Of a stretch of 64,000 nt of DNA, positions 30,728 through 41,399 are shown piece after piece. Position numbers and translations under genes: made by a program. Source of the stretch: a virus (Duplodnaviria > Heunggongvirae > Uroviricota > Caudoviricetes); the IMG/VR virus record IMGVR_UViG_3300028584_001240. The stretch is one strand, 5' to 3'. Under the pieces are notes generated by a model that was not told where the DNA came from, made no database searches, and saw only the letters and a program-made list of their open reading frames with translations. Each line of letters opens with the position of its first letter. The stretch's first letter is position 1.

Positions 30728-31492
30728 ATGAAAAAGTATAATAATTTTAGTGATTTTGCTAACCATGTTAAAGTTTTAAAAAATAATAAAATAGAAGAAT
30801 CCCTTGAACGGTTAAAGACGGGTATCTTCGTTGATGATTTATCTCATTTAACAATTGAACAGTTACAAGATATGATACCCGATGAGAAATCTGAACACTC
30901 GGACTATATATTGAATAATAGAAAAGACATCATATATCATGACTGTTTATTTGAAAAAAGTGTAAGCTGGAATACAAATTATGATACATTTTCACTGATT
31001 TATAAAATATTCATTCCAAATAAAAGAAAGAAAATTGATATTAAAAAATCATTTCTTTTAACTAATAATGATGGTTTACCATCTGATATAGAATTTGTAA
31101 TAGAAGATATTTATTTGAAAGAATCTTTTGTCGAATCCAATACAATAACGAATTATAACAATGAAGATTTAAGTCTTATTAAACTATACAACACGTTAAT
31201 CAATAATACGGGGCCGGTTGATTATGTTACAAAACACGTTTTGAGAAAGACAACTAAAATTATAGTATCTGATGTTCCTAAATTATATATTTCATATTCA
31301 TTATTAACAAGACAAATAATAAATTCTGGTTTCTCTAAATACTTTATGAGAATAAGTGATACATCAAGCAACTCTTTTGCAGAAAAACTAAGAAATCTTT
31401 TAGAAACTGAATACACCTTACCAATAGTAGCAAAAAAAATTGATGAATTAACAGAAGATGACATAACCGTTATCCAGATGGGGTTAATATGA
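30728..31492 (+). CDS. Hypothetical protein, array D, C-terminal motif (…TVIQMGLI)
   Basis: Paralog in array D. Confidence 0.75.
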   Translation: MKKYNNFSDFANHVKVLKNNKIEESLERLKTGIFVDDLSHLTIEQLQDMIPDEKSEHSDYILNNRKDIIYHDCLFEKSVSWNTNYDTFSLIYKIFIPNKRKKIDIKKSFLLTNNDGLPSDIEFVIEDIYLKESFVESNTITNYNNEDLSLIKLYNTLINNTGPVDYVTKHVLRKTTKIIVSDVPKLYISYSLLTRQIINSGFSKYFMRISDTSSNSFAEKLRNLLETEYTLPIVAKKIDELTEDDITVIQMGLI

Positions 31493-32193
31493 CATCCTAT
31501 ACAGAAATGTTGACAGAGTTTACATTAATCAAAGATTTCAGTAATTTCAAAAAAGAAGATTGGTTAATTTTTAGTAATTACAACGATGAAATATTAGAAA
31601 GCTTAACAAGAGATAGACATCGTATTCAAGTAGAATGGGAAACGACCACTAAATTTTCATTTCATATGTTAAGAGTGTCATTTCGCTATGAAAATAATCT
31701 AGACTGTGGTATAATAAAAGCGTCAATTTCTTTCCCGATTGAAGGTAACCCTGTTCTTTTGACAACAGAAATACAGTTACCGGAATGTTTAATTGATAGA
31801 AGCTTTTACAACAACAATGTTCAATTAGCTATATCTGAGTCTGAATATGAACTTATAACGTTATATCAAAGAATATTTAGAAATCATAAAGAGGGTTCTC
31901 ATCAAAATCGGATGACATACAAACATAATGTTGTAAAATATGATTTTATAGAGATTGATAATAGTAATAAAATAGACTATATCATGAGGTATAGCTACTA
32001 TGATACATCTGGACTCAACACAGCTATGGGTATTAAAGGCTATTATCACACAGTAGCTTCAACCAGTGATGATGATTTTGAAGAAAAACTTACAAAAATG
32101 ATTGAAGACAGGTATACATTACCTTTATTGAATAAGAAATTAAATGAACTCACTGATGATGATATTTTAGTCTTAGAAATGAACAACACTTGA
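31489..32193 (+). CDS. Hypothetical protein, array D, C-terminal motif (…LVLEMNNT)
   Basis: Paralog in array D. Confidence 0.75.
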   Translation: MTSYTEMLTEFTLIKDFSNFKKEDWLIFSNYNDEILESLTRDRHRIQVEWETTTKFSFHMLRVSFRYENNLDCGIIKASISFPIEGNPVLLTTEIQLPECLIDRSFYNNNVQLAISESEYELITLYQRIFRNHKEGSHQNRMTYKHNVVKYDFIEIDNSNKIDYIMRYSYYDTSGLNTAMGIKGYYHTVASTSDDDFEEKLTKMIEDRYTLPLLNKKLNELTDDDILVLEMNNT

Positions 32194-32205
32194 AAGGATA
32201 TTATC

Positions 32206-32901
32206 TTGAACAAAATAGTTTTAAATGATTCATTGATGAAAAATATAACTCATACATTGAGAAGTCAAATTCTTATTGATGACCTATCAACTTATCATAA
32301 TGAGTTTTTAAGAGACATTGCAGATTATGAGAATGTACCTGATCTTGTCGAAAAAAAATTAAGATATGAAATGTACTGGAAGCTATTCCATTCATCAAAT
32401 ACTATGAAATTATACAATAGCATTATAGACAACAGTATTGAAACTTCAAGAAATTTATACACTGTTGAGTTTCTGGGTTCATTAACTGACGATATATTGT
32501 CTGTTACGATACCTAGACATTACATTAGACGCTCATTTTATAATCAATCAGCAGCGGGTGAACATGAAATTACTCCTGCTAATGCTAATTTTATTACATT
32601 GGTTGCGAAATTATTTAGACATCATAAAGATTTTGTTATGTTAGAAAAAGGTGATTACGCAATTTTGAATAAATCATACGTCAAAATGAAAGTTGATCAC
32701 GAACAGGTATTGAGTTCACAGTATGTGGAAAAATATATTTTAAAGCTAGGCGGAACAACAGTATCAACCAGTAAAAGGATGGACTTTAAAAAAGGTCTTA
32801 ATGATGTGATATCTGAAAAACACACAATTGAATTATTTGGTAAAGAGTTTTTGAAACTAACAAAAAGAGAGTTAAAATTATTTGAAATGTATTTGGAGTA
32901 A
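32206..32901 (+). CDS. Hypothetical protein, array D, C-terminal motif (…KLFEMYLE)
   Basis: Paralog in array D. Confidence 0.75.
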   Translation: MNKIVLNDSLMKNITHTLRSQILIDDLSTYHNEFLRDIADYENVPDLVEKKLRYEMYWKLFHSSNTMKLYNSIIDNSIETSRNLYTVEFLGSLTDDILSVTIPRHYIRRSFYNQSAAGEHEITPANANFITLVAKLFRHHKDFVMLEKGDYAILNKSYVKMKVDHEQVLSSQYVEKYILKLGGTTVSTSKRMDFKKGLNDVISEKHTIELFGKEFLKLTKRELKLFEMYLE

Positions 32902-32904
32902 AAC

Positions 32905-33597
32905 ATGGCACTAATACCGCATATAAGAAAAGTCAGTAAAAACATGAATGGCAGAGATTTTGTCATTGGTGATATTCATGGTTCTTACGAATTATTAATG
33001 GAATATCTCGTATTCATTAAATTCGACTTTGAAAAAGACAGATTATTTTCTGTGGGTGATTTGGTCAACAAAGGTGTTAATTCATTGGCTGTCTTCGCAC
33101 TCATTGATGAGCCGTGGTTTTATCCCGTATTAGGTAACCATGAAATTATTGTGATTGATTTCTGGCGTTATGGAGATTACCCTAATCATTTGGATGAATA
33201 TGGTGGTGAATGGTTCTTAAACTTATCAGATGATGAAAAAGAAGCCGTTGTTTTAAAACTTGAAACATTACCAGCAGCGATTGAATTAGAAGTCCATAAT
33301 AAAAGGATTGGCATCATTCATGCCGAAGTTCCTGATGATAATTGGAAAATATTTGATGCTAGATTGAAAAGCACCAAAGGAGTAGAAGCACTTCGTGCTC
33401 TTAATGAAGCTCTCTGGGGTCGGTCTAAACATAAACGTAAGGATAAATCAAAAATTAGAAATATTGATTATGTCTATGTGGGGCATACCATTGTAAGAGA
33501 TCCATTAGTCTTAGGTAATGTATTCTATATTGATACAGGAGCCTTTTATTATGAAGAGTTCACCATTGTTAACCTTACTGACATCTACAGTGTGTAA
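32905..33597 (+). CDS. Ser/Thr protein phosphatase (PphA/lambda NinI-like metallophosphoesterase)
   Basis: GDIHG, GDLVNKG, GNHE, HAE, GHT, IDTG motifs. Confidence 0.9.
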   Translation: MALIPHIRKVSKNMNGRDFVIGDIHGSYELLMEYLVFIKFDFEKDRLFSVGDLVNKGVNSLAVFALIDEPWFYPVLGNHEIIVIDFWRYGDYPNHLDEYGGEWFLNLSDDEKEAVVLKLETLPAAIELEVHNKRIGIIHAEVPDDNWKIFDARLKSTKGVEALRALNEALWGRSKHKRKDKSKIRNIDYVYVGHTIVRDPLVLGNVFYIDTGAFYYEEFTIVNLTDIYSV

Positions 33598-33712
33598 TCA
33601 ATACCTGATAATCCTTGTGTAAACATCAGAATATCAACCAATGCTAAATTTGACATTAATACCTCATTAGAAGGCATTTTTTGTTGAGGTCCAAAAAACT
33701 CTGGGATGTGTT

Positions 33713-34282
33713 CTAATAGGAGATGATTAGCATGTTCTTGCAATATGGACATTTGAATAGTATTTCAAATTCAACAAATGTTAAGTTCTGCGTGGACAAT
33801 AGTTCCACGTCATAATAATTATATTGATAAACCATATCATCTTCAATAATAAACTTGGTGCAATGTTCATCAACACCAATGAATCTAAAATGAAGGCTTT
33901 GTGTATTATTCGAAAATACCACTTTACTTCTCAATTCAGAAAAATAACCAACATCATAACGTCTAGAATAATAATTGTAAAAGTTAGACAAGGTGAGATG
34001 AAGACGTTTAGTCAATAGCATATTGAATTCAAAAGAAATCTCTTTATAGAAGTATCGCCCATCAGAAGTATAGTCAATCACTTTATAGAGATAAACAAAA
34101 TAAAAAAGACCTGTGTGTGTATTTTTTAATTTAACCATATGCTTTTGCACTGAAATAATCTCATGTACAACACAATCTGTATAAACACGAATAAGTTCCA
34201 TAGCGAGATCCGCTAGGAACTTATTTTCTTCGTGTTGACAAGTGAATTTAACATCAAATACACGCTTCACAAAATCGGTCAT
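33713..34282 (-). CDS. Hypothetical protein
   Basis: 189-aa ORF coupled to the AlkB gene by ATGA overlap. Confidence 0.6.
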   Translation of the reverse strand: MTDFVKRVFDVKFTCQHEENKFLADLAMELIRVYTDCVVHEIISVQKHMVKLKNTHTGLFYFVYLYKVIDYTSDGRYFYKEISFEFNMLLTKRLHLTLSNFYNYYSRRYDVGYFSELRSKVVFSNNTQSLHFRFIGVDEHCTKFIIEDDMVYQYNYYDVELLSTQNLTFVEFEILFKCPYCKNMLIISY

Positions 34283-34830
34283 ATGAACTTATAACCTCTG
34301 TAAGTCAAACTGACCCTTTCACCACAAGGTCTGTCATTCTTAGGGATTCTGTGTAAATCTGTCGCTTGCATACCGGCTGGCATGATACAAGCACTCCCAT
34401 GTCCTAACTTAATCTTAGTGACTTCCTTAGAACTGGTTTCAGAAGGTCTTTCTTTAAACCAGATTTTTCTTTCAGCACCCAAACTAACAGTGACAATAGG
34501 TCTGTCAGGGTCCATTTCTGGACTGTCATCAGCGTGCCATCCAATGTGACCAGCAAAGTCATCATACAAATTTAAAAAGCAGACATCGAAAGTAGATTTC
34601 AATTCTTCTTCCAACTTGTATCTGATGTTTAAGATGTCATCACTGTAAGGACTTCTAGTATAGGTATCAGCAAACGCTGGATTGCCATAACTATAAGGAA
34701 CGTCATGATCGTTGCAGTAGTATTCTTTTCTAGGTTTGTTTCCGTATCTTTTCCATTCTAACTCGTTCAATAATCTTTTGAACACAGCATCAGGATTAGC
34801 CACGAAATTTGGGACATAAATAGGTTTCAT
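34279..34830 (-). CDS. AlkB-family (ALKBH2/3-like) 2OG-Fe(II) dioxygenase
   Basis: CFLNLY, GWHADD (HxD), VSLGAER, HRIPK, RVSLTYR. Confidence 0.9.
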   Translation of the reverse strand: MKPIYVPNFVANPDAVFKRLLNELEWKRYGNKPRKEYYCNDHDVPYSYGNPAFADTYTRSPYSDDILNIRYKLEEELKSTFDVCFLNLYDDFAGHIGWHADDSPEMDPDRPIVTVSLGAERKIWFKERPSETSSKEVTKIKLGHGSACIMPAGMQATDLHRIPKNDRPCGERVSLTYRGYKFI

Positions 34831-34893
34831 TTTTAAAACTCCATAATTAGTTAAATTTAAGACAATGTAATACAATTAAACGAAGGTTTAGGT

Positions 34894-34926
34894 TTAATGC
34901 CGTTGTCGTAGACTTTGGAGTTTCAT
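34894..34926 (-). other. Putative leader peptide MKLQSLRQRH* upstream of alkB-like gene
   Basis: AAGGA RBS, ATG 34926, TAA 34894; followed by a hairpin and then the main RBS. Confidence 0.45.
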
Positions 34927-34989
34927 GATAATTTATCCTTTTATTTGAGAGAGCTTATAATACCATAATGCTATGGTTTCGTCAAGCTA

Positions 34990-35697
34990 TTAACATTCCA
35001 TCATTTCTACCATCAAAAGACGACTTTTCAAATCTTCTGAATTGAAATCGTAGGCTGAAGGTGTATTGATTTCAGGTATCAATCTATTAATTTCTGGATT
35101 TTGAGATTGTATTTTCAATTTGACTAAATTTAGTTCCTCATCAAAAGAAACATTATTTTTAATTAAATATCTTGAAAAAGTCTTATTTTTCGAATATAAA
35201 CATAATGTTCTATCTAGGCTCACCAGAACAAATTCTTCATCAGTGGTAAGAGATAATTTTATATAACTATCATATTTCCTTGGGTCGTAAGGATAATAGA
35301 TATTGAGAACAAAATTAAATCCAGTAACTTTCCCATTGCTAAAATATGCCACTGAATGAAAGTTATCGACTTTTGAATAACGAGTTATATAATGAAGATA
35401 CGGTTTCAAACAATCTAAATAAGTTAAATTAAAGTTATCTATCGCAGCTTCACCTTCTTTCTGTGGTGAAGAGAATGATATAAGTTTTTTATCATCTAAC
35501 AAATTATAATACTCAGCAACTAAATTATCAGATAAACGCATTGAATACTGACTATATCTATATTCATTTGTATTATACAGCTTATTTAAACTACTTAATA
35601 TTTGCTCCACAACGGCTTTATAATTATACCGTTTAACAGCAGACAACATGATAAGTTTTAGACAAAAATATAGGCCCATCTGCATCAATACTAACAT
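34990..35697 (-). CDS. Hypothetical protein with C-terminal motif (…LMVEMMEC)
   Basis: ORF; start uncertain (35697 or 35649). Confidence 0.65.
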   Translation of the reverse strand: MLVLMQMGLYFCLKLIMLSAVKRYNYKAVVEQILSSLNKLYNTNEYRYSQYSMRLSDNLVAEYYNLLDDKKLISFSSPQKEGEAAIDNFNLTYLDCLKPYLHYITRYSKVDNFHSVAYFSNGKVTGFNFVLNIYYPYDPRKYDSYIKLSLTTDEEFVLVSLDRTLCLYSKNKTFSRYLIKNNVSFDEELNLVKLKIQSQNPEINRLIPEINTPSAYDFNSEDLKSRLLMVEMMEC

Positions 35698-35817
35698 AAC
35701 TATTTAAGCCTCATTTAAATATTTTAAGTATATATTATTAAAATTTTAAAGCAATAACAAATCCTTTTAAAAAACTTAAACAATGATACAATAATAATAC
35801 AAACAGAAAATCTTTCA

Positions 35818-37002
35818 ATGAATATAGAACAAAAACTAAGAAGCTACACCAAAGATGAAAATCCAATCTATTTTGAATCTGATTTCAATGCAATGCTGGC
35901 TGAGTGGCCTAATGAAGAAGACATAACTGTTTATCGTGGTATCAATTTCTCAACCAAAGAAAAGTATGAATCCTTTTTAAAAGAATTGAAAGCAAAAGGT
36001 GGTTATCAATCTGCTGAATGTGCTGGTTTCTCTCCACGTTATGATACCGCCTATGACTTCTCTACTACTACTAAGACTTACTTCCCTACAATGGAAGTTG
36101 TCATGGAGGAAGCGAAGCGTAATGTTCAAGGAGAAAAAATATCCGGCTATTGTGGTGTTATCTTAACCGCTACTGCAGCCAAAGGAACTGTTATTGATGT
36201 TAACCGTTCAGGACAAGGGGTTGAAAGCGAAGTATTGTTTGCCCCCAATCAGTTAATCAAATGTGAAGTCTTCAAAGTTAAGAGTTTTAAAGAGCTTGTT
36301 AGAACACGAGACTTTAATGTCAATGAGTATGTTCAAAAACATGCTGGTGAAGATGATGACTTATTGACCTACCTTGTCATCAATAAAAACAAAACCATCA
36401 CTGATGAGAATTGCCAGTTGTTGCTTGATAAGTATTTAGAAAAATTTAATAAAACAAAAACAGGCTTTCAAGCTGATGAAATACTAGTAGCTGAAAATAA
36501 TATTGTGATTATTGAGAAAAATAATCATAAATTTGGTGAAGAATCAAAATTAATAAAAATATATGTTCCTGACACAAAATATTTTGAAAACTATGAAATA
36601 TTGAGAAAAGATCAAAGAAATCAAGTTAAAAAAATTGCAAATGAAGTTATCCAACATGTGTTTGATATCCATCTACAATACAGAGACATTACGCCTATTG
36701 ATTATAGTTCACTCAAAAGTATTACTCCGTATTTAAATAAAGAAAATGAAGCCTTATACAAAAGAATGATAGGTTATAAACAAAAAGAAACCTATGACAA
36801 TCATAATAATAGATTTAGAGAAATTTACAAAGATAAATCACTTACCAGTAATCAACGTGCAAAATTAGTAGACAACGAAATGGATAAACTGAAGAGTTTC
36901 TTAAATAACATGATTAACAACTTGCCAGAAACAATGACTAATATTAAACAAGATGTGCAAGAAAGAAAAACTAGAAAAAGAAATACATTAAAAAGAAAAT
37001 AA
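35818..37002 (+). CDS. Putative ADP-ribosyltransferase (R-S-E clade) with basic C-terminal tail
   Basis: ITVYRG, AGFSP (STS-equivalent), GVESEVLF (ExE) in the correct order and spacing. Confidence 0.65.
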   Translation: MNIEQKLRSYTKDENPIYFESDFNAMLAEWPNEEDITVYRGINFSTKEKYESFLKELKAKGGYQSAECAGFSPRYDTAYDFSTTTKTYFPTMEVVMEEAKRNVQGEKISGYCGVILTATAAKGTVIDVNRSGQGVESEVLFAPNQLIKCEVFKVKSFKELVRTRDFNVNEYVQKHAGEDDDLLTYLVINKNKTITDENCQLLLDKYLEKFNKTKTGFQADEILVAENNIVIIEKNNHKFGEESKLIKIYVPDTKYFENYEILRKDQRNQVKKIANEVIQHVFDIHLQYRDITPIDYSSLKSITPYLNKENEALYKRMIGYKQKETYDNHNNRFREIYKDKSLTSNQRAKLVDNEMDKLKSFLNNMINNLPETMTNIKQDVQERKTRKRNTLKRK

Positions 37003-37045
37003 CCCATCAACTCAATTGAATAGAAGATTTTAAACTTGTATTCAA

Positions 37046-37074
37046 TTGACTTTGTTATACCTTTAAAGTATACT
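37046..37074 (+). promoter_or_regulatory. Sigma70-type promoter
   Basis: TTGACT-17 nt-TATACT. Confidence 0.75.
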
Positions 37075-37125
37075 TAAAAACAATTTTTAATAATCAATTA
37101 TTAAAATATACAGGAGTTTTTAAGC

Positions 37126-37788
37126 ATGTTAAAATATCTAAGCATCATCATACTAACCATTATAGCCCATAGTGCGTTTGCAGCTAATGAAAAACCTCAA
37201 AACTTTACAATGTCTGAACTTGAACACATTGAATATACAGCAACACTCTCTTATGTGCCTGAACAAGATGACCTAACAAAAGGATATAAAAAAGGTGTCC
37301 CAGTCAAACTCATACATCAAAAATTTCTGATTGACTATAAAGACGATAATAGAAATATTACCAAGATAGATATAGGACAGAAAGCATTGGGGTCACTATT
37401 AATTACTTATGAAGATCCAGAACAATTAGGTATCAGTTCTTTAGACGATAGATTTAAAAGTATGTTAGTTATTATGAAAGACCAAAAAAATATAAAAATA
37501 GATAATTATACCGACTTTGGATTAAAGTTGAGAATATATTCTATACAACAAAGGCTACATACTAATTATACTGCCAGTATAGTAGATCTATACGACAATC
37601 CTGATGATTATAAAGTTGTTTTCAATAATTTTATGTTGTCTAATCCAAAAGGTAACCGTTATGATTTAAAACAAAAAGTAGTATTAGCTCCAAATGTTCC
37701 AAAGTTTAAAACTGATAAAGCAAATATCATGCGAGGTTTAATTGTTGAATTAGAAGCAAAAAGTGTGGATAACTTCAATAGTAAATAG
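37126..37788 (+). CDS. Secreted hypothetical protein
   Basis: Signal peptide ending HSAFA. Confidence 0.7.
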   Translation: MLKYLSIIILTIIAHSAFAANEKPQNFTMSELEHIEYTATLSYVPEQDDLTKGYKKGVPVKLIHQKFLIDYKDDNRNITKIDIGQKALGSLLITYEDPEQLGISSLDDRFKSMLVIMKDQKNIKIDNYTDFGLKLRIYSIQQRLHTNYTASIVDLYDNPDDYKVVFNNFMLSNPKGNRYDLKQKVVLAPNVPKFKTDKANIMRGLIVELEAKSVDNFNSK

Positions 37789-37872
37789 TAATAAACTATT
37801 AAACAAATATTTTTAATAAATTTCCATTATTATTTTCTATGTGTTAAAACTAAAAGAAAAAGGAGATAGAAA

Positions 37873-38076
37873 ATGAAAAAGACAATTAGCTTTGGCATTC
37901 TACACATGATGGTTGCCTTTACAGTAGGTTATGCATTTACTGGAAGCTGGATGGTAGGTGGACTAATGGCGATTGTTGAGCCAATGATTAATACGGTTGT
38001 TTTCTATTTTCATGAAAAAGTCTGGAACAAAATCGATCATGAACCAACCAGTAATTTCACATTCCATCACCATTAA
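37873..38076 (+). CDS. DUF2061-family small membrane protein
   Basis: KTISFGILH..VAF.V.Y.FTGS…A.VEP..NTV.FYFHEKVW. Confidence 0.85.
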   Translation: MKKTISFGILHMMVAFTVGYAFTGSWMVGGLMAIVEPMINTVVFYFHEKVWNKIDHEPTSNFTFHHH

Positions 38077-38095
38077 TTAAAAATTTAAAAATAAT

Positions 38096-38120
38096 AAAAG
38101 ACACTTCGGTGTCTTTTTTT
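38096..38120. terminator. Bidirectional terminator with UUCG tetraloop
   Basis: AAAAGACAC-TTCG-GTGTCTTTTTTT. Confidence 0.85.
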
Positions 38121-38130
38121 GTCTGGTTTA

Positions 38131-38733
38131 TTAAATTAAATCCATCTCATAGACCATCTCTTGCATTTTCAAAAGTTCAATGGCTTGTTCAATATCACTC
38201 TCTTCATTAAGAGATTCAATACCAACTTGATTGAGTAGATTGTTAATGTATGATTCAATTTCAATTTCAACAAGATCATGATGCCAGCTATAAAATTTAA
38301 AAAGATCGGTTGTCGATATTACATTAATAATTTCGAGATTCTTGTTATACTCAACAATCAACTTTAACATAAAACTATCGTACTTGTTAAATTCATCAAC
38401 GCTATAAATAGCCATAAATACTTTGATGTATTGATTAATTAAATAGAGGGAACTTTTTATTTTAGGATTGTTCATAGGAACCAAAGCACTCGCTACACCA
38501 GTAGGACTTAACAGTGCTTCAAATTCCAATATGGATGATATTTTATTACTTGATTCAAAATTATTGATAAACAGTCCATGACTTTGTTTTTCTTTATCTG
38601 TAACAGATAGGCTCGATGTCACATGTTCATAAGAGTCTTCTTGAAAAAAATCAACATCAAAGTCATCATTAATCTCAATGCCTAAAATTGAAAGCATATT
38701 TTCTTCGTTAAAAATAGTAACATTGATATCCAT
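38131..38733 (-). CDS. Hypothetical protein, array E, C-terminal motif (…MVYEMDLI)
   Basis: F..EN(I/M).S.LGI N-terminus and G(V/I)..ID..T.. tail shared by five tandem genes. Confidence 0.8.
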   Translation of the reverse strand: MDINVTIFNEENMLSILGIEINDDFDVDFFQEDSYEHVTSSLSVTDKEKQSHGLFINNFESSNKISSILEFEALLSPTGVASALVPMNNPKIKSSLYLINQYIKVFMAIYSVDEFNKYDSFMLKLIVEYNKNLEIINVISTTDLFKFYSWHHDLVEIEIESYINNLLNQVGIESLNEESDIEQAIELLKMQEMVYEMDLI

Positions 38734-38748
38734 ACTGCCTCCAAAAAA

Positions 38749-39378
38749 CTAAATTGTTTTCATTTCTTCAACAAGTAGCTGCTTTATAATTAATTCAACA
38801 ATTTCTTCTATATTGGTTGATTCATCAATACAATCTACACCCAGTAAAAGCAAGATATTGTTAATAATATCTTGAACATCAAATCTTCTGTTTTTGATAT
38901 GGTCATCATAAGTTCGAATAAAACAGGTAGATTTATAGACAAGTTCTACTAATACTAAAGTATTATCAATTATTTTATAATGGCAGTCAAAAGTAAAAAA
39001 AACAATATCTTCTTTATGCGGCTCTTGATACAATCCTTTAATATTATTTACTTTTGTAAATACATCTAAATGTTGATTTCCAATAGCCATAATTTTATTA
39101 ATGGCAGGGTTTTTAATTCCGATAGAAGGTGTATAAGGTTTACCAATACTCGTTCTTTTTACTTTTACGCTCATCACTATTATTGGATTATCTTTATCTT
39201 CTAATTTAAACTCACCTGTTAAATTAGAAAAAGGTATGAAAATCTTATCTGAAGATACCATCAATATAGCTTTTTCTTTTAATCCAGATCCAATAATTTC
39301 CATATACAAATGTTCTTCCAACTCAATACCTAATGTAGACATTATATTATCTTCAGTAAAATAATCATCTTGTTCCAT
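38749..39378 (-). CDS. Hypothetical protein, array E, C-terminal motif (…LVEEMKTI)
   Basis: Paralog in array E. Confidence 0.8.
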   Translation of the reverse strand: MEQDDYFTEDNIMSTLGIELEEHLYMEIIGSGLKEKAILMVSSDKIFIPFSNLTGEFKLEDKDNPIIVMSVKVKRTSIGKPYTPSIGIKNPAINKIMAIGNQHLDVFTKVNNIKGLYQEPHKEDIVFFTFDCHYKIIDNTLVLVELVYKSTCFIRTYDDHIKNRRFDVQDIINNILLLLGVDCIDESTNIEEIVELIIKQLLVEEMKTI

Positions 39379-39995
39379 TATATTGCCACCATTGCTTCAA
39401 GTGTTTTCTGCATCTTCACCAATACCATCAAAGAATCAACATCAGTGTTGTCATCAATCTTATCTACACCTAGTTTAGAAATATAAGTATTAACAAAATC
39501 TTCAATGTTAATTTCTTTTCTCTTATAATTTGTTTCGAATGGTGAATATAGTACGAAATTAAAAAGTTCGACATTTGCAAGTAATAAAATATCTGTATAC
39601 TTATAAGCAGTCATAATTTCTAATCTAACTTTCTCATGGACATAGAAACCTTTTTGATCATTAATCACCATAAAAAATTGAATATAATCATTTACAAGTT
39701 TCATTATTTTTGTAATTGCTGGTAAATTCATATTAAGCTTAAGGGTAACAACGCCATCTCGTGTCAAGTTGGTTGGTAATGACGCAATATAACCGGGATT
39801 AGCACTGTTTTCAAAGTTATCGCTGGCAATGTAGAAACCAGAGTGTGGGTTTGCTTTACTTTCAATAAAAAATCTAGATGTAATGTCAATGGCCTCTGGA
39901 TCTGGCTCAAATTTAATATTATAGTCATCTTGAATATTGATACCTAAAGTCGATATGATGTTTTCTGCACTAAATACAACGTTATTCTTTTCCAT
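39378..39995 (-). CDS. Hypothetical protein, array E, C-terminal motif (…TLEAMVAI)
   Basis: Paralog in array E. Confidence 0.8.
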   Translation of the reverse strand: MEKNNVVFSAENIISTLGINIQDDYNIKFEPDPEAIDITSRFFIESKANPHSGFYIASDNFENSANPGYIASLPTNLTRDGVVTLKLNMNLPAITKIMKLVNDYIQFFMVINDQKGFYVHEKVRLEIMTAYKYTDILLLANVELFNFVLYSPFETNYKRKEINIEDFVNTYISKLGVDKIDDNTDVDSLMVLVKMQKTLEAMVAI

Positions 39996-40007
39996 TTTCT
40001 AACCTCA

Positions 40008-40664
40008 TTAAATTAAAGACATGTCATCCACAGTTTTTTGCATTTTTACTAAATTTAAAAGTTCTTCAAAGTTGGTATGATTATCAATATTAGTCACTCC
40101 AATTTCCTTTAAATAGTTATCAACAATATTTTCAATATTTTGTGATATATTCATTTTAGTCACTTCATCCAATGAACGAATAATAATAATGCTATTCATA
40201 ATAAGGCTATTCAATGAAATATCTGTTAACGTTAACTCACCTGATTTTGATTTAACATATTTAACATCCATATCTATATTAATTGTTGGAGAATTGTCAT
40301 TTTTTTTGTGTCCTAAAATAATCATAAAAACTTTAATATAACGATTAACAAGTGACAGTAGTTTTTTAAATTTTGGATGTGAAATTTCTACTAAGGGCTT
40401 AAAATCACCATCATTACTTGAAAAGATATCAAAAGACGCTATGAGATTTGGAGTTTTATCATTTTCAAAAGTTTCTGCCATGAAACAATACCGTTCATGA
40501 TCTTTATGATCAATCGTAAATACTGAAGCTGCTCCATAACTATTAAAAGCTTCTTCAAAACGCACATCAAAATCTTTTTCAATATTCATATTCAAAGTAG
40601 AAATAATATTTTCAGAACTAAAAATAAATTGCTTCGGACGCAGTGATAACGATAACATGTTCAA
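40008..40664 (-). CDS. Hypothetical protein, array E, C-terminal motif (…TVDDMSLI)
   Basis: Paralog in array E. Confidence 0.8.
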   Translation of the reverse strand: MNMLSLSLRPKQFIFSSENIISTLNMNIEKDFDVRFEEAFNSYGAASVFTIDHKDHERYCFMAETFENDKTPNLIASFDIFSSNDGDFKPLVEISHPKFKKLLSLVNRYIKVFMIILGHKKNDNSPTINIDMDVKYVKSKSGELTLTDISLNSLIMNSIIIIRSLDEVTKMNISQNIENIVDNYLKEIGVTNIDNHTNFEELLNLVKMQKTVDDMSLI

Positions 40665-41281
40665 ATCCTCTCCATATGGTTAATTGTTCTTTGCATGTCT
40701 ATTAATGGATATAACTTTTCCATGTTTGTGTTTTCATCAATACACTTAATATCCAAATTTTTTAAGAAATCATTAACAAAATAACTGACATTAGTTTCAA
40801 CTGGTCCTTCATAATCTTCAATAATCTCAAACAGTTTTATTCTCTGGCAGTAGACACTGGTCATTGATAAGCCGTCTATAATTTCATAATCTGCAATAAA
40901 AACTAAAACCACTTTATATTTATCAGTAAATGCTTTTATGTCATACATACGCATATACACATCTAGATATCTATTGCTCACTTTTAATAAAGTATTGATA
41001 GATTGATTATTAAATTCAATCGCCGTTGTAAAAGATCCATCTTTATTAAAATTAGTATTAACAAGTGCTACAATACAAGGATTTAAAACATCCTCATAAT
41101 TATCAGTTAAAAAACAAACATCGGACTTTTTAGATTGATTTTTTTTTGTAATAGAAAATTTTGAGGAAATAAGAAAAGAACCATTCGATTGCTCCATCTC
41201 ATACTCAAAGTTATCATCCATGACTATTCCAAAGGTTGAAATAATATTTTCTGGCGTAAATCTAATATTACTCTCATTCAT
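40661..41281 (-). CDS. Hypothetical protein, array E, C-terminal motif (…TINHMERI)
   Basis: Paralog in array E. Confidence 0.8.
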   Translation of the reverse strand: MNESNIRFTPENIISTFGIVMDDNFEYEMEQSNGSFLISSKFSITKKNQSKKSDVCFLTDNYEDVLNPCIVALVNTNFNKDGSFTTAIEFNNQSINTLLKVSNRYLDVYMRMYDIKAFTDKYKVVLVFIADYEIIDGLSMTSVYCQRIKLFEIIEDYEGPVETNVSYFVNDFLKNLDIKCIDENTNMEKLYPLIDMQRTINHMERI

Positions 41282-41399
41282 GGATTAACCTCAATTAATT
41301 AGCACAATTCTACTAAAAACGACCAAGATTGTCAATGATTAATACAATAAGCTATTTGACTTTAGTCGTACAAAGATTAAAGTAAAAAGAAAAATAGGA

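Noticed and set aside
33713-34282. Counting this ORF (…CKNMLIISY) as a motif carrier
   Set aside because: No Met at -4 and no hydrophobic residue at -7.
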